Shown here one piece after another: positions 9,646 to 19,000 of a stretch of 64,000 nt of DNA. A model generated the notes under the pieces. The model was not told the origin of the DNA. It searched no databases and worked only from the letters and a program-made list of their open reading frames with translations. Location: positions 4,743,778 to 4,807,777 of the forward strand of contig CP070751.1 of assembly GCA_020348445.1 (NCBI GenBank), written 5' to 3'. The stretch comes from Thermoplasmata archaeon. GTDB lineage: Archaea; Thermoplasmatota; Thermoplasmata; GCA-020350865. Position 1 is the stretch's first letter. Each line of letters begins with the position of its first letter. The translations under genes and the position numbers were made by a program.

Positions 9646-12600
9646 CTACTTCTCCCAACTTACCTGGTTTGCGCCGCCTTCTGTTTCCTCCTCATCCACA
9701 GTTAACGCCTCCACGACCTCTGCCTCCACCACCTCCACATCCGCGTATGCTGTTTGGGGGGAGCTCTCAACCTGAAAATCAACTGTTTCTTCCTTGCCCT
9801 TTCTTCTTAACAACAGGACCATAATTAGAATTATCACGATAATGATGATGAACAGTAATAGATAGACCAGGTTATTCTCCAGCATCTCAAATGCTCCACC
9901 CTCCTGGGGGCTATCATCCTCATCTACGCCATTACCATCCCCATCACCATCCCCATCACCATCGCCATCGCCATCGATGTCTTGCCACTTTGTTGGGTCA
10001 TCTGGGAAGGCATCAGGATTTGTTCCATTGGGATTGTCTCCATAGCCATCTCCATCTCTGTCTGACCATTGAGTGGGATCGTTTGGGAATGCATCAGAGT
10101 TGTCTCCAATCCCGTCATCATCAGAATCCTGCCACTCTGTAGGATCCAATGGAAATGCGTCTTCGTCATCCAAGTAAGTGTCGTTGTCATCATCAGAATC
10201 CATGGAATCAGGGATGAAATCCCCATCAGTGTCAATGGGTACTGAGCTGGAGTTGTACGGATCAGTTCCTTCGGATTCCTCTATTGTATCCTCATACCCG
10301 TCATTGTCATCGTCCAAATCCGCATTATCTCCTATCCCATCACCATCTGAATCTTCCCATTCTGTTGGGTCTTCTGGGAAGGTATCATTCTCATCAGGGA
10401 CACCATCGTCGTCGTAATCGTCATCTATGACTGGTTCATACACGTTCACCCTCAACAATGTGCTAGAAGCGTTGTTGCTGAGATTGTCCCTTGCACCGTA
10501 AATTATTGTACCTGTGTTCAATGGCAGGGTAAATGGCGAGGTATATACATTATAAGTGGAGCCTCCGTCGATGCTGTACCATATAAAATCTACGCCGACA
10601 CCCGTGGTGTCATTGGCAATAAAAGTAACTGGTGTTGTGGTATTTACCCAATATCGTTCGTCAGGAGGAGGAGTAACATTCCCTATGAAAATGGTGGTAT
10701 TTGGCGGTGTTATATCTATATTGACAGTTATAGAAAAGACAGATTCATTGTTGCCGAGATAGTCCTCTGCTCCGTAGGTGATGTTGTGCAGTCCCTCTAT
10801 ATAGCCCGTTAACATGAAATATGAATATTCAAAATATTCGCCGTCGATTGTGTACCAAATAAATGAAACACCGCTTAATTCATCTTCTGATGTCAGAGTG
10901 AATGGTGTACTTTGAGTCACATTCCAGCAATCAGAGTCATTTAATCGATATTTGGGCTCCCCATAAGAAAGTGATGAGTTTGGTGGGGTATTATCCAACT
11001 GAACAAGGATACTGTCATATGTTTCATTGTGATTCAGATTGTCTATTGCGCCCCAGGTTATATTGTACTCGCCATCTACGTAGTTCGATAAATTGAATAC
11101 CTGACCCTCGAAATAGGTTCCATTTATCGTGTACCAAATCGTGTCAATCCCTGAATATGACTCCAGAGAGGCGAGGGTGAATTCAGTTAGAAATGTTACA
11201 TTCCAGTTATGCTCATTAAGTCTGCGATATTTTGGAGAACCAACAAAGATCTCAGTTTGAGGGGAGGTATCATCTAAAACGACCACCTTTTCATTTCCTG
11301 TTTCGTTGTTACCAATCATATCAACGCTGCCCCAGGTTATTGTGTGAATTCCTTCATTATAACCGCTGAGATTGAAAGATATCCCTTCGAAATATTTTCC
11401 GTCGATGGTATACCAAGTGTAGTTCACACTAGATCGATTATCGAAAGCTAGCAAATCAAATTGTGTGAAAGAGGTTACATTAAAATTATCGCTTTGATTC
11501 AATCGATACTTTAAACCAAAGAGTGTTATGTTCGTAGTGGGCGCCTGTGTATCGACATACACATAGGTCGTGTTGCCTGTTTTGTTGTTTCCCACACGAT
11601 CTCTTGCGCCAAAAGTTATGATATGGATACCATCTGAATAACCATCCAAGTTGAAATCCGAGGCCTCAAAATATATGCCATCGATGGTGTACCAATTTGT
11701 ATCGATCCCTGATTGGGTATCATCAGAATTAATGTCAAAGAGTGTGGAAGTTGAAACATTCCAATGATCTTGAGAATCCAGGTGATACTTTGGCAAACCT
11801 ATATCCAAAGATACAGAAGGAGGAGTCGTGTCGAGAATTACTGTGATAGTTATTTCTGTTTCATTATGTCCGAGATTATCCTGGCTCCCATATACTATCG
11901 TATGAGAACCGTCATCATATCCTGAAAGGTTGAAGCTAGAGCCCTCGAAATATTCTCCATCAATGATGTACCAACTGAAAGCAACACCCGAATAACCGTC
12001 ACTGGCATTGAGTATGAATGTGGTTGTATCTGAGACGATCCACGGATCAAAGTCATGTTCTCGGTATTTTGGATCACCCACCTCCATTTTGGTATTCGGT
12101 GCTAGTTTATCGAGAAAGATGACTATTGAATTGCCTGTTTCGTTTGTTCCGAGATTATCGATACTGCCCCAGGTAATTGCATATGAACCTTCATTTAATC
12201 CGAAGTCAGATAGTGTGAAACTTTCCCCCTCGTAATATTTTCCATTGATTGTGAACCAGGTTATCATTACACTTGAATTATGGTCTGGATGATCCACTGG
12301 TGTAAGGTTAAATTGTGTATAGGCGGTAACGTTACATCCATCGAATCCGCCAGTGGGGTATTTATCGCTTCCAAGGGTTAAAACCGTTTGGGGCATTGAA
12401 TCATCCAGCCAGACTGTGATGGTATTTGACTCGTTATTACCCAGGTTGTCACAGCTGCCCCAGGATATGGTACGTGCACCTTCATCATAACCAGAGAGAT
12501 TGAATACCAGACCCACATACAAATCAGAATCGATTTTATACCATGTAAAAGCCAAGCTTGAGTTGTGGATTGGTAAATCCTGCGGTGTTAAAGTAAAGGG

Positions 12601-15600
12601 GGTCTCGGAGGTCACATTGGCTTCATCTTCGTATTCCACAGGATGATGCGGAGAGCCTATGGTCAATTCAGTATAGGGTACTGAATCGTCGAGCCAGACT
12701 TTGATAAGATTCCCTGTTTCATTGTTATCGACATTATCTTTGCTGCCCCAGGTTATGTCATGCTCTCCCTCAGAATAGCCTGATAAGTTGAAACTTGTAC
12801 CTTCATAGTAATCCAAATCTATAGTGTACCATGTGACTGCCACACTTGCGTTATGGGAGGGATTGTCTTTTGCTGTTAGGAAAAAAGTAGTATTTGACGT
12901 GACATTGCATCCTTCCTGTGGGGATAACGGATATTTTGGGAGAGCGATTGTAAGTGTTGTCTCAGGCGTGCTGTCATCCACCCATATGGTGATAGTGCTG
13001 GCCGAGCCGTTGTTACCGAGGTTGTCCTCACTGCCCCAGGTTATTGTGTGGGCACCTTCACCATAACCCAACATTGTAAATTGCGAGTCTTCATAGTAAT
13101 CAGTACCTATGAAATACCAATGAAATGCAATGCCTGATCCATGAGAGGGATTGTCTAGTCCAATGAGAGTAAGCTGTGTATTCGAGGTCACGTTGCATTC
13201 GTCATTTGGCGAATCAGGATGTTTTGGTTCGTCAATAGAAAGTATGGTGGAAGGTCCACTTTCATCTATCCAGACTGTTATATTTATGGTTCCGTTGTTG
13301 CCGCTAAAATCCTCACTTCCATATGAAATGTTATGCGGTCCTTCACTGTAACCTGAGAGTGTGAAGGGCGTTCCATCAAATTCAAAATAAACTCCATCGA
13401 TGATGTACCATGTGAAATTCACGCCCGAGTATTTGTCCCATGCCGATAGGTTAAAGGAAGAGGTTTGTGTTATGTTCCAGTCGTCACCAACATTGGCCCG
13501 ATATTTCGGATCTTCTATGGTAAGGGTTGTAATTGGTGGAGTGCCGTCCCACACCGTGATATTGCAGGTATCGTTGTCCCAGTTACCCCATGCATCGCTC
13601 ACGTTCAATGTAACTGTAAAAACACCTATGGTCGAGTATGAATGCACCACACTCGAATCATAAGGACCCATCTTGTTGGAATAGTTACCGTCGCCAAAAC
13701 TCCAGTTGTACCATGCGATGTATCCCGAGTCATCCCATGAACCTGAACCATCTATCACTATGGGTTGATCTGTTCCTGTTGAGTTGTCTGGACCTGCGTC
13801 CGCTATGGGAGTTACATTATCCTTCCCAAATATCTGCATCGTTGGATCACCTAAAAGGTTCCACTCATAAACGACCCATCTGTAGGTGTTGTGTGTCAAG
13901 GCATCCGAGGCGAACTCCACCTTTGTTTGTTGGAGGGTTTTACCGATTCTAATCTCGTAGTTGTTAAAAAGCTGATTGTAGAACTCGTTATCAAGTTCAC
14001 CGCTGTATTTGGAAACGTCGAAGCTGATGAACCATCCAAACCTGCTGTTTAAAATGCAGGCCACAAAACCGCCGTCCGGATTGATTATATACTCTTCTGC
14101 CATACTATCCCTATCGCCCACATAGCCACCATCGCTTCTTCTTCCATCAAATGAACCACTGTAGCATGCTATTGAAAGGTGTATGGGATAGTAAGTGTTG
14201 ACAACATCATCAGCATCTGTATCAGAATAAAATGTACCTTCCTTGATCTCATAGCTTTGGACGGAGCCATGACCGCCATGGTTGACGAAAAGGGTGTTGT
14301 TGGCGATTTCTTGTTCCCAAATTGCAACTGATATCTCGTGCCCGTCTTTCTCGTACAATCGGGTTATATTGTAAACAGAAGGGATGTAACTCTCGACACC
14401 GTCGACTGAAACTCCTCCATCTCCGTTTTTTATATAATCAAGATAATAGGGACCACTTGAATCGGTCTCCCCGTGTAATGTGACATGCCTGGGTCTTGGA
14501 TTTGCCTCGAAGTATGTGACCTTATCAACGAAGGTCTGAGCCTCGGTAACAGAACCTACAGGAGCCCTCCCCACGAAAACCTCGGCCAAAATGTCCGATT
14601 CCTCCCCAGCATCCCCACCTCCTCCATTGGCAGAGTCCTTCTCACCGTATATGGAATCTCCATCATTGTCCCAGTTTCCGTCCAAACCTCCAAAATATAG
14701 GTCAGTGGGGATGTCATCATCCTCTTCTGGACCTCCTGTAGCGAAAACGTAACCATAACAGCCCCTGTGAGGCATTATTTCGTCATCTCCTCCCAGCATT
14801 ACAAAACTCGTGCTCCAATTGATGTATGCATCCTTGATGAAATTACGGATTTCTTCCTGGGTATCGTTACCGTTATAATCGGGATCGGCTGTGATGGCCT
14901 CTTTGGTAACCACTATAGTTGGTATCCCGGAGCTGTTCTTATTATTTGCCATTGTTTGAAAAGTGGAGGCCAGTGCATTGCTTGTAATTATCACATAGTT
15001 ATAAGTTTCAGATGAATTTGTCAGGGAAAGCGGTGTGATACCCCCCGAGGATTCCTGTTCACTGGAAGTTTCATAGGAATCCAGCATTAAGGGATTATCC
15101 ACAAATCCCTTTACTAATTCCTTGTCTTGGTCTAAACCACGGTACAAAGGAGATATGTCCCTAATATCAAGGGTGGTTACCGTGACATCCATGTTCGTGA
15201 AGTAAAGTACTTTTCCAGAAGAAGGTAAATAATGCATTGGGTACAAGTTTAAAAATAGGATTTTATAACCCCTTAACGTTTGCACAGAAACAAATGAAAA
15301 TTCAATCTCTGGATATCTATTTTCTGAGTCATATATTGACCAATCTAATGTCTCAGTCGACAGACTTGTATCCTCTGAACCCATGATCATGGATTCCTCG
15401 CCTGGCTTGATATAATATGTTCCATCAATGACTACCTCGTCTTTTCCAGTTACTTTGATATTTCCCAGGACATTGCCTTGTGGAAGGAGAACATTTATAC
15501 TCTTTACAGGAATTATTGGCATGCCCGGTTTTATCTCGTTGCGTAGAGGCTCCATCCGTGGAATATCATATTCCCCTATTTTTTCCATCTCAGGTTCTGA

Positions 15601-15885
15601 AAAACTGTAACTTATTGAAAATGTATTTTCCTTGACAACATCGATTATGTCTGGGTCCACTGATTTCAAATCCTGATAAAACGAAACCTCGGTGGTGCTT
15701 AAATCTGAGTCTGCATCCGACACTTTTATGTCAGCAGAAATTGGTGCGCCCACGCTATCTTTCACATCCAAGTGATCTTCTGGGATTTCTTTTCCCAAAT
15801 CCCCTAAAACACCTGGGATGCCCATTGTAAACAATAAGAGCAAAACCAGAAAGAGTGCGGTTTTTGTGGATTTTTGTTTTGCCAT
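9646..15885 (-). CDS. Giant surface-anchored C25 (gingipain-like) cysteine peptidase: signal, propeptide/C25 domain, PKD, 11 WYTIDG-type repeats, thrombospondin-type-3-like Ca repeats, TM, cytoplasmic tail
   Basis: The signal peptide is ALFLVLLLLFTMGIPGVLG. The C25 catalytic dyad context is FVNHGGHGS (about 14262-14290) and HLSIACYSGSFDG (about 14158-14187). The PKD domain is DAGPDN...WSFGDGN...VTLNVSD. There are 11 repeats of ~93 aa with the motif (F/Y)TWYTIDGxYFEG...GxHTITWGSxDNLGNNET. The Asp-rich DxDxDGxxDxxD repeats and a (DG)n run lie at ~9930-10440. The TM helix is LLLFIIIIVIILIMVLLL. Confidence 0.8.
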   Translation of the reverse strand: MAKQKSTKTALFLVLLLLFTMGIPGVLGDLGKEIPEDHLDVKDSVGAPISADIKVSDADSDLSTTEVSFYQDLKSVDPDIIDVVKENTFSISYSFSEPEMEKIGEYDIPRMEPLRNEIKPGMPIIPVKSINVLLPQGNVLGNIKVTGKDEVVIDGTYYIKPGEESMIMGSEDTSLSTETLDWSIYDSENRYPEIEFSFVSVQTLRGYKILFLNLYPMHYLPSSGKVLYFTNMDVTVTTLDIRDISPLYRGLDQDKELVKGFVDNPLMLDSYETSSEQESSGGITPLSLTNSSETYNYVIITSNALASTFQTMANNKNSSGIPTIVVTKEAITADPDYNGNDTQEEIRNFIKDAYINWSTSFVMLGGDDEIMPHRGCYGYVFATGGPEEDDDIPTDLYFGGLDGNWDNDGDSIYGEKDSANGGGGDAGEESDILAEVFVGRAPVGSVTEAQTFVDKVTYFEANPRPRHVTLHGETDSSGPYYLDYIKNGDGGVSVDGVESYIPSVYNITRLYEKDGHEISVAIWEQEIANNTLFVNHGGHGSVQSYEIKEGTFYSDTDADDVVNTYYPIHLSIACYSGSFDGRRSDGGYVGDRDSMAEEYIINPDGGFVACILNSRFGWFISFDVSKYSGELDNEFYNQLFNNYEIRIGKTLQQTKVEFASDALTHNTYRWVVYEWNLLGDPTMQIFGKDNVTPIADAGPDNSTGTDQPIVIDGSGSWDDSGYIAWYNWSFGDGNYSNKMGPYDSSVVHSYSTIGVFTVTLNVSDAWGNWDNDTCNITVWDGTPPITTLTIEDPKYRANVGDDWNITQTSSFNLSAWDKYSGVNFTWYIIDGVYFEFDGTPFTLSGYSEGPHNISYGSEDFSGNNGTINITVWIDESGPSTILSIDEPKHPDSPNDECNVTSNTQLTLIGLDNPSHGSGIAFHWYFIGTDYYEDSQFTMLGYGEGAHTITWGSEDNLGNNGSASTITIWVDDSTPETTLTIALPKYPLSPQEGCNVTSNTTFFLTAKDNPSHNASVAVTWYTIDLDYYEGTSFNLSGYSEGEHDITWGSKDNVDNNETGNLIKVWLDDSVPYTELTIGSPHHPVEYEDEANVTSETPFTLTPQDLPIHNSSLAFTWYKIDSDLYVGLVFNLSGYDEGARTISWGSCDNLGNNESNTITVWLDDSMPQTVLTLGSDKYPTGGFDGCNVTAYTQFNLTPVDHPDHNSSVMITWFTINGKYYEGESFTLSDFGLNEGSYAITWGSIDNLGTNETGNSIVIFLDKLAPNTKMEVGDPKYREHDFDPWIVSDTTTFILNASDGYSGVAFSWYIIDGEYFEGSSFNLSGYDDGSHTIVYGSQDNLGHNETEITITVILDTTPPSVSLDIGLPKYHLDSQDHWNVSTSTLFDINSDDTQSGIDTNWYTIDGIYFEASDFNLDGYSDGIHIITFGARDRVGNNKTGNTTYVYVDTQAPTTNITLFGLKYRLNQSDNFNVTSFTQFDLLAFDNRSSVNYTWYTIDGKYFEGISFNLSGYNEGIHTITWGSVDMIGNNETGNEKVVVLDDTSPQTEIFVGSPKYRRLNEHNWNVTFLTEFTLASLESYSGIDTIWYTINGTYFEGQVFNLSNYVDGEYNITWGAIDNLNHNETYDSILVQLDNTPPNSSLSYGEPKYRLNDSDCWNVTQSTPFTLTSEDELSGVSFIWYTIDGEYFEYSYFMLTGYIEGLHNITYGAEDYLGNNESVFSITVNIDITPPNTTIFIGNVTPPPDERYWVNTTTPVTFIANDTTGVGVDFIWYSIDGGSTYNVYTSPFTLPLNTGTIIYGARDNLSNNASSTLLRVNVYEPVIDDDYDDDGVPDENDTFPEDPTEWEDSDGDGIGDNADLDDDNDGYEDTIEESEGTDPYNSSSVPIDTDGDFIPDSMDSDDDNDTYLDDEDAFPLDPTEWQDSDDDGIGDNSDAFPNDPTQWSDRDGDGYGDNPNGTNPDAFPDDPTKWQDIDGDGDGDGDGDGDGNGVDEDDSPQEGGAFEMLENNLVYLLLFIIIIVIILIMVLLLRRKGKEETVDFQVESSPQTAYADVEVVEAEVVEALTVDEEETEGGANQVSWEK

Positions 15886-16007
15886 TAGATCACCGATACT
15901 TGTAACTCATATTATTCTTTTGGTTAAATTTCAAGGTCTTTTCTGTCCCGTGTTTTTTGGGTAGCCAGACGGTCCTGGGTTTCAATATGCAAATTTCAGT
16001 ATTTATA

Positions 16008-19000
16008 TTATTTGTTGGGAGATTTGGGTCTTTCCTTTTGGTTAATCCTATTGCCAGGACTGCTTGTATCTTCCCATGTTACGTTTTGATAAGTGGTCTC
16101 TTCCCCCACAGAATTTACGGGAGGCTCAGGTTGTTCTTGAACGACGATCTGTTGCTGGGCAGGCTCGGGCTCCTTCTTCCAAGAGGCGCTCGCCCTCCAT
16201 CTCTTATATCCTTTGTACATCAATATCAAAATGATCAACAAGATTATTCCTATTATCAAAAAGTTGATGCAAAATGATTGCTCAAACTGGCCAATGAATG
16301 GGAGCTTTTCCCAATCTGTGGGTTCCCGCCATCTATCCTTATCTGTGGGATATTTATCCTCTGCATCACCTACGCCATCACCGTCCGTATCTGGATTCAA
16401 GGGATCTGTTTCATCTTCATCAACGATTCCATTTTGGTTTTTATCCTCGTCGATATCCAGTAGCCCGTCATTGTCGTCATCAGTGTCTCTTATATCCTCA
16501 ACCCCATCTCCGTCCGTGTCTATGATGTCCACGATCACCTGGAGTGTGGATTTATCGGCCTCATTGTCCAAGGCATCGATACCATAATAGATTATGGAGG
16601 TTGTCGAATTTGGAACCTTAAAGGGCGATTCATATATTGTATAACTCGTGCCTCCATCGATGCTGTAAAGTATAGTGGTGCCGTCCGCACCAGAGTCAAA
16701 GGAATCCAGAGTGATGGGAGTGGATGTGGCAATATGGAGTTCATCATTGATGGTGCCATTGGGCTGCCCTACTTTTATTGAGATTTTCGGGGGTGTGTTG
16801 TCGATATAGACCCTCTGGGTGTTTCCAGTTTCGTTGTTCTCTAGATTATCCATGGAGCCCCAGGTGATGGTATGGAAGCCATCGGATTTTCCATCGAGAT
16901 TGAAGATGGTCCCCACAAAGTATTTACCATCCAATGTATACCATGTATGGGCAACACCAGAATACATATCAAATGGCGTTAATGTGAAAGTCGTTTGGGA
17001 GGTGATGTACCAATTGTCGTTATCAGCCATGGGGGATTTTGGTGAGCCAATATCCATATCTGTATCAGGATGTTTCGTGTCAAGGTATATGAGTTGAGTT
17101 TTTTCGGTTTCATTGTTACCCAGGTTGTCATAACTACCGTATTTGATGGTATGAAAACCATCTAAAATCCCGGTCAGATAGAAATTTGAACCCTCATGAT
17201 ACACTCCATCTATGGTGTACCATGTATCAGCGACACCAGAACGTTGGTCAGTTGACGTCATTGAAAACATTGAGGCGTCCGTTACATTCCAATAATCATA
17301 TTGGCTGTCACGATATTTTGGCGAGGTAAAATCGATATCAGTTACAGGACGGGTATTATCCAAAATCACGATTTTTGATTTTGCTGTTTCATTGTTGCCT
17401 AGGTTATCTATGCTGCCATAGGTGATGGTATGAACACCATCATTTAAATCGGAAAGATAGAAAGTAGAGCCTTCGAAATACTCGCCATCAATTGTGTACC
17501 ACGAAGTATACACCCCGGATTTCGAATCAGAGGAAGATAATGAGAACTCAGTATCGGACGAGACATTCCACGTGTCGATTCCCGCTGCCCTGAATTTCGG
17601 TTGGTCGAAACTCAGTGAGGTTGAAGGGAAACCAGCATCTAAAATCACATTCAAGGTATTGCCTGGCTCCGAGTTCCCAAGGTTATCCACGCTACCCCAA
17701 ATTATGGTATGCAACCCCTGTCCTAAGCCAGACAAATTGAAGCTCGTTCCCACATAATAGTTGCTATCAATGAAGAACCATGTGTAATTCACTCCTGAAT
17801 ATTTGTCTGAGGGTATTAGGGTAAATATTGTTGCATGCGTGACGTTCCAGTAATCATCCAAATTGTCGCGATGCTTTGGCTCGCTTATATCATACGGGGT
17901 GTTTGGTGGGGAATCATCGAGAATGACATCCATGAAATTGTACGATTCGTTGTACCCCAGAGTATCCCTGCTTCCCCACGTTAGGGTGTGCAGTCCTTCA
18001 TCAAGACCTGAGAGGGTGAAGGGATTGCCATCGTATTCATGGTATTCACCATCTATTGTGTACCAGGTAAAATCAGCATCATTGGAGATGATCAACACAG
18101 TCAATTTAAAATCAGTTTGGGAAGTTACATTCCAAAGATCGGTGGTGGATTCTCGATACTTTGGTACACCTATGTCCAGTATTGTAACAAGGGATGTGAA
18201 GTTGAGATTCACGATCTCTGGCGGATTTGTTTCGTTCCAACCGAGGTTATCCTGGCTTCCCCAAGTGATGGTGTGCAATCCCTCAGAATAACCAGATAGG
18301 TTAAAGAAATTACCCTCAAAGTAATTACCGTCGATTGTATACCATGTGAAGTCCACACCAGAGTATAGATCGGATGAGTATATCGTAAAGATCGAAAGGA
18401 TTGTCACGTTCCAGTTATCCTCATCATCCTTGCGGTATTTTGGATCGCTTATTGATAGAAGCGATGAGGGGGGTGAATCATCCAACCATATGGTGATGAA
18501 ATTGTCAGTCTCGTTGTTTTCTATTCTATCGTAACTTCCCCAGGTGATGGTATGGGAGCCCTCCACCAAGCCAGATAAAGTAAATGATGTTCCTGTGTAA
18601 AATTCACCGTCTATCGTATACCATGTCAAATCGATACCGGCATTATGAAGAGTAGGTTCGTCCGCCCTAGAAAGAGTAAACTGGGTAGAGGAAGTAACAT
18701 TGCACCCATCGTAAGGTGATAGGGGATGTCTTGGCGTTTCGATGGTCAAGTCGGTAACAGGAGGCGAATCGTCCACCCATACTGTTATCGAGTTGCTCGT
18801 TTCGTTGCTACCAAGGTTGTCCATTGAACCCCAAGCTATGGTATGCGATCCTTCGCTGTAACCTGTTAGATCAAATGTAAAGCCCAGATGATATTCACCG
18901 TCGATGAGATACCAGGTGTAATCGATTCCGGAATTGTGAATATCAGGCTTGTCAGAGCCTGATAATGTAAACTGGGTTGAGGATGTTACATTACAACCTT

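Noticed and set aside
9061-9705. A 214-aa plus-strand ORF in the gap upstream of the C25 gene
   Set aside because: It has no recognisable motif and an odd composition. It overlaps the 3' end of the well-supported 9646-15885 gene on the opposite strand and competes with several overlapping short ORFs. I treat it as non-coding or decayed (see the finding at 8694-9645).
9930-9985. A GAT/GGT-type microsatellite (ccatcaccatccccatcaccatcgccatcgcc)
   Set aside because: It lies inside the C25 gene and encodes the (DG)n run next to the Ca-binding repeats. It is coding low complexity rather than an independent repeat element, although it is slippage-prone.
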